Source: Selaginella moellendorffii
Lineage: Eukaryota; Plantae; Lycopodiophyta
Assembly: GCF_000143415.4 (NCBI RefSeq)
Contig: NW_003314299.1
Span: 124,001 to 188,000 of the forward strand
Direction of reading: 5' to 3'
Length of the DNA stretch: 64,000 nucleotides
A model generated the notes under the pieces. The model made no database searches, was not told the DNA's origin, and saw nothing but the letters and a program-made list of their open reading frames with translations. Positions 12,232 through 25,572 of this stretch are shown one piece after another (position 1 is the first letter of the stretch; each line of letters begins with the position of its first letter). Position numbers and translations under genes: made by a program.

Positions 12232-15200
12232 TCATGAGAATCACACAGGTTCTTCATATTAGAAGTTTGCCGAGGAATGAAAATGCTTTCCAAGATTATC
12301 TACGTTATGGGCGTCCAAACCGCACCAGTTTAGTTTAAGGTGGACACGCATTGTTTGAGCACAACCAGTATCCTAGGAACCTCTCTATATGACCTGATCA
12401 CAAACTATGCACACTACCAAAAAGATGTATTCCCTGGATGAAATAGTGATGGAAAGCATGATACACCCTTCCGCTGTTGAGCATTAATTTTGCGACAGTG
12501 GAATGTTCACAAACTGCTGCAGAGCTGGAGTGGAGATTTCTCGAATATTGTAGTTTTCCCATGGTCGACATAACCTAACCAACATAACAAGCTCTTTACA
12601 GTCATGAGAGCCCAAGCAGGGCATCAGGCCAGTTTTTTGTTGAATGAAGAGCTGCTCGAGAATGCAAAGTAGAGCTGTGGCTGATGTGATTGCAGGAGAA
12701 AGTCATGAAAAGGTGAGGTGAAATCCAGGGAATCCTCCAGCCTTACATGTGAGAACCATCCAAATATTACTTGTCAAATGTCCAAATCATTACTCTTCAA
12801 AAAATGCAGATGCCTAATATTTTGGAAGAATTAGCATTTAGATTCTTATTGTAAATCTATTATAGTTACATTAAATTTTAAAGGTATGAGAGCATAATAT
12901 GCTTTCCAAAGTAAGTGAGCAAGCTTGAAATTTTTAAACACTTTGCAAAAGTTTTTAATAAAATATCTAATACAAATCTATGATATGCATTATTAAATAC
13001 CAATTGAACACCTTCTAACACAAATGTTTTCTAATAAAAAAGCCAAATTTAATTATCCTTATTTTTAGTAATTGTCACACTAAATGTAAGAGAGTAAAAT
13101 GGGCCTTGTTACAAATATTTATCAAAGGTATCTTAACGTCAAATATGTCATATCAAGATTGATTAAAAGTCTATAACACACAAAACTAATAATAAAGAAA
13201 ACACTATACAAGATAAAAAGCCTTTTAAAATTAGAATTTTCCATCAGCTTTGACATGAAATATGTTATCTAAATTGCTTAAAAATAAGAAAAATTTCATA
13301 TTCAAATAGTTGCATATAAGTTATATCATAATCTCTATAAATGTTTGTTATAATTTTCTTGTTTTCTTTTCAAATTTTTTAATATGCTTACAATATATTT
13401 TAGCCATCATGCTTTTTGGAATCACATTTAGTTTACCTCTCACTCATTACTTGAAATAATCTACAATCCAATTCACCAATGTCTTTTTGTTTCCCAAATT
13501 CTTTATCCCATTATATGAATGTTTATTCACAAAGTAAGATGAACCTTTGTCAATAAAAAAGCTTAAACGAGTCTTTCTTTTGCATCAAATTATGTATCAT
13601 TTCCTCTTTAATTGGCTCATGGTAAATTCAAAATGTTTAGTAATAGCTACATTTTTCATTGCTATTCTTAGATCGTCAATAGAATTATACTTTGCCGAAA
13701 TAAACTCCATTTAGTTGTGATTAAACAATATTTATTTAGCCATAATTTATCTAGGTTAAAATAGAATATTCTTTTAAAATGCTCTTAAACTTCATAGGGA
13801 TTTTTTTATAAATTTAAAACTTCAAGAGGTATTAATTTGCAAATATAGCTTTTAAGCAGTTTTCCCTTAATTTTTGTAAAATATAAGATTAAATAGTGCC
13901 AAAGGTAGTTTTACTATCTAACTCTTGACAACTCTTGCTCTTGCAACTTTACTCTCTCTCACATAAAGTAATGGAGAGATAGCCTTGTTTTACCTTGACT
14001 TTTATAAATAAAGATCTTTGTTGTCTTTTTTGTCATTAGTTTATCAATTTTTATTCTAGCGTGCAACTCGATCATTTTGCAAATCTAAGCTTTCCTATTG
14101 TCTCTAACGAGCTTTTTTGTAAGTTTTGTGTCAATTTTTTAGACAAAATATTATTTGTTTTTCTTAGATTACTTGGTTATAGGATTGATATTTTTTTGCA
14201 ATGATAAGCCCTTTTGCACAATAATGGTAGCTTGTAGATGCTTGCATTATAAAAAGAAAAATGAATCTGTAAGAATATTTAATAATCACTATATTGGTGT
14301 TAAGCAAAATAAGTATGGAAAACATTTCAAATGGAGTTAAAAGATGAACATTCTAATTTTATTCAATTGATCCCAATTGTAAAACAATCTATACCTTGAT
14401 CCCCTTCCTAATAGAAAAATACTTTCTTAGGATTTCTGTTCTTCCAAATACGTAATCACAAGACCAGATATCAACTTCTCTCTAGAAACTTTTTCTATGA
14501 ATGACACAATTGTTCAAGGTCTAAAAATGTTATATTTTCTGAATATTAAAATTAAATAGTGGATTAAATTACTAAACTTAAAGTAGTGGATATATTGCTA
14601 TGGCATAGCCAAATATGGACAAGGAGCATATATTATATTGTGGGAAGGGCAACAAGGACATACTCAATTTTAACTAACTTTTTTTTCAAATAAAAAATTT
14701 CATCACTAATATATTAGCTTGTTGAAATGATTGTTAATCCTAAATCTAGCTCAATGAAGAGAGCATAACAAATTAGTAAGTTTTGATATAGTTTTTCGTT
14801 GTAAAAATATTAAATGTAAATTCAACATAAAAGCTACCTCTTGTTTATGTTTATGGAATGCAATATTAAGCATTTACAACCAAAGATGATAAGTTTATAT
14901 AAAGGTGAAATAAAGAGTAATAAGCATATTCTTTTATCAAGAAAAAAATCAATAAATAAGTTAGTATTTTACATTACACCACTAAAGACAAAAGATAAGG
15001 GATTATAATCAAGCTTAGTAGCTTGAACTTCAATGTATTAAAATATTTATTAATATTTTTACTCTAATCAGATTTTTAAACTAATTGGCTAATGCATGAA
15101 TACAATTTTTGGTTTTGATTTTTTTATCTCTAAAAGGATTTTGGAATAAAGAAGAAAGAGAAACTTAAAAATTATAAAGATGAACAAATTTGTGCTATTA

Positions 15201-18063
15201 TATACTTACTTGTTTGCTAGTAAAATGGTGGAAATTCCATGTTACTAGAAATTTGCATCATTAGCCATTTATAAATTGTTGTGCAAAAGTTATTGTAGAT
15301 TTAGTTGCAAATCACCATGAATAAATCTTCTTATATGTCTTTGGTACATCTTAAGAGCGTATCACCAATATCTCCATTTTAAATATGTGTGATTTTAAAA
15401 AATTTCACTAAGCAAGGTGCTAAGGACTTATCAACCCAAAATCTATACCACCAGCACAATCTATGATAGTTAGGGTATGATTGATGGTGATGAACTAAAA
15501 CAACACTCATATAATAACATCTTATGTCAAATTTGTGAATATATAATATATATTATTCTTTCCTTTCTCTAGATAATCTTCAATATATAATTTAGCATGG
15601 GATCTAGGTTGTTAGTGGTAGGATTGAATAATGATGTTATGCTATAATAGAATTTGTGTAATGATATTCTACATTAGATTTCTTTACCTTGGCACACTAG
15701 TGTAGGATATATACCAATTTTTAGAATTTTTAGATTTATTTCCATAGAAATTTTCTAGTTGTAACTTTGTTTTTAAGAGATCACTTATCAATGGTTATAT
15801 AAACTAAAAATATGGGGAAAATTTATTAAATAGTGTAGAATTAATTTCCACTACTCTAATTTAGAAATAGCTTTTGCAGCTCGAACAACTCCTAAAACCT
15901 TATTGTAATTATTATATGCCCCTAGCAAGCATATTTATTCTCGAGTAATGGGAATTGTAGAAGAGGTAGAAGAGGTTAAATATGCAGTAATAGTAGTGTT
16001 TTTAAAATGACACTCCAAAGTTGATATTCAATGATTTAAAGTGGTCTTTACCATTGAGTAACTTCCTTTTATGGTTACATGCAACTAGAATAGAAATAAA
16101 AATAAAGGCAATATCTTTTGGCACTTTAATAACTTTGAGTTTGGTAAATAAATCAAAAGTTACTATAATATAGGCATTTTATGAGTAGTAGCAAGCAAGG
16201 AAAATTTAAGAATATATATTATTTGCGAAAAGCTTTATGTAGTAAAGTTAAAATGGCCATTCTAAGTATAAGTGTCTATAATGAAAATCTATGAAACAAA
16301 TATTTTTTCTAACATTTGGAAGAGGATCACTTTAGTTTTCAAAAAAAAAATCATTTTAGGAGTACATCAGAATTGATCCCAAATAAAGGTATTAGATATA
16401 ATTGTGAAATTTGATTAAAAAAATGATATAATAGTTCTCATCTAAATTCTCATATATATTCCATTTATTTTACTAAATAAATTAATTATAAAATAGCATA
16501 ATTGGTTTTTGGATAGAAACCCATTTAAAATTTCAAACTTGCATAATTCAATTTTCTATATAAAATGGGTTTAGTAAAGGGTATGACTAAGGGTTAAATA
16601 TTTATTTTTTGCTGTGCATTTGTTCTTCAATAATTTAGACTTTTATTTGTATTGAATCCACAATATTTAGATTTTTAAAATAATTTTCCTTAAATTTATT
16701 TATCATAACAATTTTGAGTGACTTTTTGAGAGTTTTAAAATAGTAGTTATATGTAAACTCCCAAAATGTTATTTATTCCAATCTAAACTTTTAATTGATT
16801 CGAAAAAAACTTCATTCCGTTTGGCGTTTAGTAGTGCCAGCGTCGATTTCACAAGTGCCACTGCCGATGATTCTTTCCAGAGAAAGAAAGATTCTTTATA
16901 TATTTAAATTTTAATAGATATTTTTCAAATTAATCTTTTTTATTATTTATATTATGAAGAGTTGTTTTATTTGGCTATAATAATATTTTAAAAGCCTTCA
17001 CACTCAAAATTAATGGTATTTTTGAAAAATTAAAAAACTTTTTATTTTTTTAAAAATATTTTCTTCTAATTTGATTTTATTGTGAAAAATATGAGTCAAG
17101 ATGTTGAAGAGTGTCATTCATTATGGATCTTTTAAAAGTTGTTTTGAAATTTTTTATTAATTTTTTAAAAGTATTTATTCGACATTAGAAAGGATCAATA
17201 TGTTTGAAAGAACTTAAATTATTAGAAAAACTATAAACATGATTATTAATATATATTTAAATTCACATGTGTCATGTTTTTATTTAATACACTTTTTGTA
17301 GGGATGAGGAGTATAAAGTAATTGAATAATTAAAAATGATTAATAATTTATTGTGGTAAGTGATAGTTACTCTATCCTAGTTTTAGTTTTTATTTAATTC
17401 AAACAAGCATGACATTTGTGCTATAAGCAATAACTAACCAATTTGATACTAGCTTTTATATCAATTTTTTGTTTTGATACCAACTTTTATATAAATAATT
17501 TTTTTAGATAGGCTTTTAATGTTTAAATACTTAAATATGGAAATTAAACAAACAATTTCTTTTGTTCACACGCAAAGTGTCCTTTGATTAGCAATTAACA
17601 GGTTCCAACTTACATGACCTATAAAACTATAATATTGTTTATCTGCTACTCATCCTGGCATAAAACACAAATCTTCTCACCACAGCCAAGGCTTTCAATG
17701 TTTTCACAAAGAAGGGCCTGAAGGAAACTGTGTCAATGTTTTTATATATATACTACCAAATGGACACTGTGAAGGGTGATATAGAAGACTAGAATGGTTG
17801 TTCAACAAAATGAAGAATGCAGCTTCCACCTACTAGGTGCACTTACCTCTGGATATGTGAACACTGGAATACATGAACCAAACAGTTTAGAATATCACTA
17901 TATCTGACTATAGAAGAAACTATAGAAGAACAACAATTGAGCCACATTATCAAGCACACAATAGATAGTACATTACCTCCATAAAATTGAGGTAGCTTAA
18001 GACTATATCTGGTGCCTCGGGAATCCTTGCTGCTGCCTGCCTCTAGACCTGTAAGAGCAGCCC

Positions 18064-18392
18064 AGCATGACACTCTTTCGTCACATAGGTTCTGTTTCAC
18101 AGCTCCATCCTCATTGATTTTAGTTTTTCTTGACAGTTTTCTATCCTTGATTAACACTTGTTCAGTCTTCAGCTATCTAGAAGAACTTAAGTTGGTGTGG
18201 ACAATGGGATTCATCTCATTTGGGTACCCCAATGACTCCGCCACTGCTCAATCTTCCATACACATCTTTTTGGGAATTTTTCTCTACACTTTGAGCCTAA
18301 GTTCTGCCAAGCTCTTGGAAAAGTTAACTTTCATCTGGTAAATTCCCTGGGGTTAATCCTCGTCCTCCTTCCATGCTAACGCCAAGATGAGA
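18064..18392 (+). pseudogene. Degenerate 3' fragment of the cytochrome b561 gene
   Basis: Matches 11626-11700 (exon 3 end plus intron) and 11953-12240 (WTMGFISFGYP...IFLYTLSL...LEKLTF) with deletions and frameshifts. Confidence 0.88.
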
Positions 18393-18490
18393 ACCAGTGG
18401 TTGAGTTTAACACGCATGGTATATTCGCCGAATATATACCCTTCTTTTGGAACTAGGGCTTTTGGCTGTTCTTCGTCTAGAGGAGGAGCG

Positions 18491-18928
18491 ATGGGAGTGT
18501 CGGGAGCGGTAAAGAGGGGATCGCGCTGGCTCAAGCCTGAGGTACAGTCCCCTACATTCTTCCTCCAATCCTTTGTATTCCTTGCTTCCAGCTCTCAATC
18601 GCCTGGGCTTTTAGGTTATCCCCTTGATCGGCTTCATCGGCGCGGCCATGGGGCTTGCATCATTCATGTGTGTGAGGAATCTCATGCTCAATCCGGAAGT
18701 GAGGTAAGAAAATTTCTCCCCATGGATGGGTTCTTCCTCTTCTATCTAAGTTCCTCAAATTTTTTTGCTTGCTCGCACAGGATAAACAAGGAGGATCGAA
18801 GCGCTGGGCTCGTCCAGAATTACAAGGAGGGGTACGAGTACCACGAGCACGGATTGAGGCATTACATGCGCAACAGGAAGTCCGAGATCATGCCCCGGAT
18901 CAACGAGTACTTCACCAAGACGAGCTAA
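18491..18928 (+). CDS. B12D: B12D / NDUFA4-like small mitochondrial protein, 3 exons
   Basis: Spliced product MGVSGAVKRGSRWLKPE|xYPLIGFIGAAMGLASFMCVRNLMLNPEVR|INKEDRSAGLVQNYKEGYEYHEHGLRHYMRNRKSEIMPRINEYFTKTS. Confidence 0.9.
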   Translation: MGVSGAVKRGSRWLKPEVQSPTFFLQSFVFLASSSQSPGLLGYPLDRLHRRGHGACIIHVCEESHAQSGSEVRKFLPMDGFFLFYLSSSNFFACSHRINKEDRSAGLVQNYKEGYEYHEHGLRHYMRNRKSEIMPRINEYFTKTS

Positions 18929-19069
18929 AATCTTTCTTCTTTCTCTGGTTGTCTCAATAAACCACTGATCAATTCAAAGGGGAAAAGTCGAGAATATCCT
19001 TAGTATCATTCATTGCCAGCGCATATTCTCCTCGTTTAAACAGGCGCCACGTCGTTGCACATCCTCTGG

Positions 19070-19088
19070 CCAATAGCTCGATGACACG
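19070..19088 (+). promoter_or_regulatory. ER-stress element CCAAT-N10-CACG upstream of the UTr gene
   Basis: CCAAT agctcgatga CACG with exact spacing; CCACGTC at ~19047; TATA-like ctatatatta at ~19116. Confidence 0.6.
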
Positions 19089-19170
19089 TTGGCAGTAAAT
19101 GCAACGTGGCGTGGACTATATATTAATTTGAGTCTCGTTTAGGGCAAACTGAGACGAAGGAGGGAGAGAA

Positions 19171-20539
19171 ATGGAGGCTATGAAGCGCGCGGCGATGCTC
19201 GGCGTGTGCGTGGGAGGGATTTGGGGCGCCTATGTCACGCAGGGCGTGCTGCAAGAGACTCTGTAAGTGGAATCGATCGATCGAGTGAGAGTCTGATTGA
19301 TCGAGTGATTTTGTGTGTGGCAGCTCCACAAAACGCTTCGGCCCCGATAAGCAGAGGTTCCAGCACCTTGCATTCTTAAATTTCGCGCAGAGCGTGGTTT
19401 GCTTCCTGTGGTCATTCATAAGTAATGCATTGTGTGATATTTTTTTTCCTTCTAGAGCTCACGCTGCTACTCTTTTTCTCCAGTGCTTGTCCTCGTTTCA
19501 CCGAAGAGAACCTCTCAAGCTCCACTATGGGCTTACTGGAGTGCCAGCATTACGAATTCCATTGGTCCCGCTTGTGGAATCCAGGCTTTGAAATACATCA
19601 GCTATCCTGCCCAGGTGAGCTTTGGGATTTTACTTGTTTTTCTCATTTGTTCTTCAAAGCTTAAAGTTGAGAATTTCGTTTCCAGGTTCTGGCGAAATCG
19701 TCGAAGATGATTCCAGGTATGTGTATTGAATCTGAAAAGCTGGCTGGTATTTATGTGTGCTCCTTTTCGTTTTCTCTTCTGAATCCAGTGATGCTCATGG
19801 GGACAATTTTGTACGGTGTCCGCTATACAATTCCTGAGTACCTTTGCACCTTTCTCGTCGCTGGAGGTGTTTCCATTTTTGCATTATTCAAGGTTGTGTG
19901 ATTTTTCGATTTTTCTCAAAGGTGACATTTTTCTTTCTTTCGTGCAGGGTAGTGTAAAAGCCAGTAAAGTAGCGAGTCCGAATGCTCCTCTTGGATACGG
20001 GCTATGCCTGTTAAATCTGGCGTTTGATGGTTTCACAAATGCAACTCAAGACTCTATTACGATGAGGTGAGGAAAAACACAAAGTAACTTAGAGGCTTGA
20101 CAACGAAAGTTTCATTGTGTGCTGCTCCAGGTATCCGAAAACAAGCGCTTGGCATATAATGATGGGAATGAACTTCTGGGGTTCCATTTACATGGGTCTC
20201 TACATGTTTGGATGGACGAGCGGGGGATTCGAAGCTCTGAGCTTTTGCAAGCAGCACCCGGAGGCTACGTGGGACATTTTCTTCTTTTGCCTCTGCGGAG
20301 CCGTCGGCCAGAACTTCATCTTCCTTACCATCAGCTGGTTCGGAACGCTGGCTCTCACGACAATCACAACAACGAGGAAGTTCGTAAGCATTCTCGTGTC
20401 GTCGCTGTGGAGGGGCAACCCGCTGACGCTGGAGCAGTGGATCGGCGTGTCGATGGTCTTTGCTGGGCTTTCGTACCAAATTCTCCTCAAGTGGAGGAGG
20501 CAGACGAAGAAGCGGCCGCTAAGAAAGAAGGCCGTGTGA
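19171..20539 (+). CDS. UDP-galactose/UDP-glucose transporter (UAA family, UTr1/UTr3-like), multi-exon
   Basis: GIWGAYVTQGVLQETL, ALKYISYPAQVLAKSSKMIP, LNLAFDGFTNATQD, GAVGQNFIFLTI, TTITTTRKFVSI; C-terminal dilysine KKAV ER-retrieval signal. Confidence 0.93.
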
Positions 20540-22460
20540 TTGACCCCCTCTCGAAGACAGTTAATGTACACCGAGTAGAAGGTATGAGAAGAAAGCATCC
20601 ATTTCTTTTTTTGTTTTTACTCATTTGCTTCCTTTTCCGCTCCAGAGGGGAGGGTGGCTTTTAAGTCCTGGCATTCAATGGCCAGCCATTCCTTTCTCTC
20701 TTTGCTTTGCAGAGGAGCTGGAAGAGGCAATGGATTGGAAGCACAACTTCCCTGTCCTCTGCGAGCAAAGTCTATATACTTTTTAAAACATTGTTTTATT
20801 TTTTGCACACTTTTTCTTCTTCTTTCCTAAAGTTTGATCTTTGAAGGTTTTGTTTTTAACAGTTTTTCCGATTTGCAGTTCCCAGCTGGGACACAGGCTG
20901 GCTGTCCGCACACGGGAAGAGAAAGGATGGCACGCGGTGAAAAACAAGAGTCTCGGAACTGCGTACATACTTTGCGATTGTGGCGCCTTCCAGACAAAGC
21001 GACAGGCTCCTACAGTGTAAGAAGTAAGAATGTCCACCAGGGAGAATGACAACCGAGGTAAAAATGCCTGATAACAGAACGCTTTGCTTGATCCAGACGT
21101 TTCTAACGCTCTCTCGTGTTTCCAGGAGCTAAAGGAAAAAAAAAAAAAAAACTCGGCCGATGAATTAACGCGGCCGAAAGAAAAGGAGGGACCGACCAAA
21201 TGCCGAGTTTTTCCATCTCCGATACAGTTTCGAGTATGGACAGCCAACGAGACAGGCAGGCCAATCAATGTCACATAGGTGATCCCTTTTCATTCATTCT
21301 TTTTTGTATTTCGTCGCTTCTCTCATCTTCAGGTGATCACACATACCTGTATCAGCCCCTGGTGGCTGGTTTCATTCCATACAGGATTCCACAATCCAGC
21401 GATAAATTATCAGCGAGTTTTTCCTTAAGTAGATACGCTTTTCTTTGCTACGTTCTTAAGACAATACGCTTTTCCTTGCCAAGTTTGCACGCTGCTAATC
21501 GACTTCTCTGTTCGTTAGCTTGGATCTCCAGATTTTCAAGGCAAAGTTTCGAATTTTTCGCTGTACGAACATGCTAGACGTTAGCCGAGGACCAAGTATC
21601 GCATAAAGATGAAGTGTAGAGCACATGTCCCCAAGTTACAACCATGTGCTATAGTTTCTATTAAATTCCACATTGCCGTGTTATAGGCCCATAAGTTTTG
21701 ACCGATCAAACAAAGGTTAGATTTAATCTTAACCCACACATGTACGTTTTTTAATGCTTGTTTTGGTTGGTTGGCCATTAGGTTTTCCACTTTGTCTTTG
21801 GCGGTGTCATGCAAAAGAGATGTCCTTTCCTTTCCCACACAGCCCGGAAGGATACATGGAAGTGCGTGGGTCCTCCACAATCGCGGTTAACGGCTGGGAT
21901 TTGCGCTGGATGTGATCCCCACCGCCCATTCTGCCCATTACAACGGTTAAAAAACCATTTGCCAGTGTACGAGCCGTTTGGGCGGACACCACGCTCTCAC
22001 TTAAATCCGGCTCAATGCGGCTGCTAACGAACCAGTCTGGTAACCACCGTTTCCTCAAACGGTAAACTCTACCTGACCGCGGCCAGCAAGGTCCACGAGC
22101 GGTTAGCCGGATGCTTACACGTGTCCCCCAAGAAGCATCCTGGCGGATAAATCTGCCAGGCTGGCTGGGTTGCCACGCGGCACTGCCAGATTGGTACGCT
22201 CTTTTGCATGGATGTGGCCGCAAGTTCTTCCTCTGTTTCTTGTGAGTCTAGTCCTGTCCAGCCCGGCTTGGAGCTCGCGCTTCGCGTCTTCAATCGGCAA
22301 TGGCGGCCGCGCGTTAGGTCACCGGCATTCCTCGCGGTGAGTGACATGACGCTAGGTTCTATAAGAGCGTCCGCTCACATTCTCGTTTCTCGTGGCGATT
22401 TCGCAGGTCTGAGCTCCTGGCATTGGATTTCTTGGTCAGATCGCAGCCATTCTGGATACC

Positions 22461-24830
22461 ATGGCAATGCCGCGCTTCTTGCTGCTGATTCTCGCGATTC
22501 TGGGGTTATTGCACTCCTCCCGGGCCGATGCTCCCATTTCTTTCTTCGACTGGGTTGTGTCTTATGAGACTCGGGCCCCTCTTGGCGTCAAGCAACAGGT
22601 ACTTCGTTCTTTCTTTCGATTCTTCTTCTCTTCTTCTTCTCTTTCTTTTGGATTTTTTTGTGTCGATTCGTTGGTTGGGCGGTGATGTAAACCCTTTCTT
22701 GTTTGGTGTGCTCTCAGGTGATCGTGATAAATGGGATGTTCCCGGGTCCAGTGCTAAACACCACCACCAACAGGATCAACATCGTCAACGTCCAGAACAA
22801 TCTGGATGAGCCCTTTCTACTCACCTGGTATGTGATCTACAGATCAAAGCTCCTCTTTCTCTTTTCTCAAGAGATCTGGACTTTGCTTGCCTACATTCTT
22901 TGTTTTCGTGGATGGAATTCTAAAGTTTCCTCCGCAGGGATGGTATCCAGAACCGAAGAAATGCCTGGATGGATGGAGTTGCGGCAACGAACTGTCCCAT
23001 ACCGGCAGGCCAAAACTTCACCTACAACATCACGGCTAAGGATCAAATTGGCAGTTTCTTCTACTGGCCAACGACGATGTTCCAGAGAGCTGCTGGCGGT
23101 GTTGGGTCTGTGAGGGTGAATCCGCGTGCTGCCTCGGGTGTGAGGGTGCCATTCGCACCTCCAGACGGTGATATAGTTGTTATGATTGGTGACTGGTACA
23201 CTCGGAGCCACAAGGTATGTGCTCTTTAATGATCCACCTAGCAATATGAAGTCAAGGCATAGCACTGCAGGAATTGCGAGCTTCTCTAGACAGGGGCGTT
23301 TTACTCGGGATGCCAGACGGTGTTCTTATCAATGGGAAAGGAGCTTACAACAGAACCACGGATTACGAAACCATCCCTGTGCGAAGAGGTACAAAACTCA
23401 TTGATTCCGTGAGAAAAAAAAATAAAAATGGAAGCATTGACTCACTCCCTTGGCTGTGCTTGCAGATCATGTATACCGGTTTCGAGTGACAAATGTGGGT
23501 GTGAGCACGACTCTAAACTTTCGGATTCAAGGCCACCAGCTCAACCTTGTGGAAACCGAGGGGTCTTACACTGTGCAGCAACCATACGACTCTATAGACA
23601 TTTTCGTGGGACAATCGTATTCGTTTCTTCTTAACTGCACTGCAAATGCTAGCGACTACTACATCGTCGCTAGCCCCAGGTTTGTGGGCAATGAGACCGA
23701 GTGGGCGAATATCACTGGTGTTGGAGTCCTCCATTATTTGGACTCCAAGGCTTTGGTTAATGGCCCCCTTCCCGAAGGGCCCAGTATTTATGATGGGGGC
23801 TGGTCCGTAAATCAAGCTCGTCAACTCAGGTATGTGTATCCTGTTCAAACTTCCAAGACTAATCTTTGTCACCGCAGACGTAACTTGACAACTGGAGCGG
23901 CTCGGCCAAATCCTCAAGGCTCTTTTCACTATGGGCAGATCAACGTCACACAGACATTCGTTTTGACAAGTACCGCAGTATCAATTGCCGGGAAGCGACG
24001 GTTCGCGGTCAATGGTTTTTCTTTCGAAGTTCCATCCACACCTCTGCTTCTCGCCGACGAGTACAACATTACAGGCCTATACAAGCTCAATTCTTTCCCA
24101 GAAAAAGCTGGAAGCGTCGTTCCTGGCCTCCAGACGTCCGTCGTAAACGCCACGTACGCTGGTTTCTTGGAGATCGTCTTTCAAAACCCGGACAACAACT
24201 CGGTCCAGTCGTGGCATGTCGATGGCTATGCGGCATTCGTCGTCGGGTATGTAGGTTGGAATTTTCATATGCCACAGGCTGATCGATGTTTGCTTCTTCA
24301 GATACGGACCAGGGCAATGGACTGAAAATGATAGAGGCCAGTACAACAAATGGGACGCTGTATCTCGCTCCACCGTTCAGGTACTGAATGACCCGAACTT
24401 GTTTCTTTCTGCCTCTTGGTTTTTGTTTTCTAAACCATTGCTTTTCCCAGGTTTTCCCTGGCTCCTGGACGGCCATCCAAATCTCCCTGGACAATGTGGG
24501 CTTGTGGAACATCCGCTCAGAGGACTTGGTCCGCCATTATCTCGGCCAAGAAATCTACATGTTCGTGAACGATCCAAGCGACAACATCAAGAACACGGCT
24601 TTCCCGAAACCAGACAACGTCCTCTATTGTGGACGGCTTGCAAATCTTGCTCCGCTATCGAGGTACTTACAGCAACCAACCTCCTCAACTTCGTTCATAT
24701 ACTCATTCCAATCTCATCGTTCTTTTGCAGTCGCCATCGCAAGAGCTCCGGCACCCAAGCAGCGAAGCTCTCCTTGACTACATTGCTCACTCTGGCGAGC
24801 GCTGCGCTCCTGAGCTTACTGTGGCTCTAG
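22461..24830 (+). CDS. SKU5/SKS-like monocopper oxidase, probably GPI-anchored
   Basis: Signal peptide; APLGVKQQ|VIVINGMFPGP, TNCPIP, KDQIGSFFYWP, VMIGDWY, TTGAARPNPQGSFHYG, QSWHVDG, LDNVGLWNIRS. Canonical Cu-ligand His are lost except one; hydrophobic C-terminal tail. Confidence 0.93.
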
Positions 24831-25572
24831 AGGTCTGTAGAGGATTGATTGACCCGACGGTTTTGCATTTCATTTTTTTTTTCTAGTTTGAGGAGCCACA
24901 TTACTGCTGAGAGATATATTGGGTGTTGGTTTTTTTGATCTATCTCTGAAAGGAAGAAACCACCATTTTGTTTGCTTGCTCTTCTTCTCTCTCTTCTCTC
25001 CTCTCTCCCAAGTTGCTGGTGATGATTTGTAAGTTTGTGAGAAGAATTCATACTCTTTTTTCCTATTCTTTGTAGAGTCAAGGTGTTGATCAGTTTTGAC
25101 GTTCTTTGACGAGAATCGGAAACTTTGGTTCTAGAAGCAAGGATTTGATTAAACTAGGACACGAGCTGGAGTGTGGCCTCACGCGCCGGCATGTGAAAAC
25201 ACAATTTGGAAGGCTTGTTTAACTTAATGATTATTGGTAAGCTTCGTGGAGATTAACCGTTGTCACGAGCGATCGCGTGGCTTTTCGTGGTGGATTTAAC
25301 CCATAAAATTTGTTTGTCAACGTCCCTCTCATATATAGAGAGGTTAATTCCATGACAAGCTCTAAGATCCAGCGAAGTACACCACTCAGTGGCTAGCTAG
25401 TTGGTGTTACTAGCAAACAAGAAAGTTTCCATTTAGTTCCCTGTACTATGAGAGCGTACCAGTCCATCCATGATAAGGGGAATCTTTAGCAAGAGGTGAA
25501 GAATTGAAAGAAGGAGAAGAGGAGGAGGAGGAAGTGGAAGTGAGGATCTTTCTTCTCTGCTCAAGGGAGCTC

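Noticed and set aside
12300-18000. Genes or identifiable TEs in the AT-rich block (also 1-2350 and 5700-7800)
   Set aside because: No ORFs, terminal repeats or motifs I could support beyond the solo LTRs; probably old TE debris.
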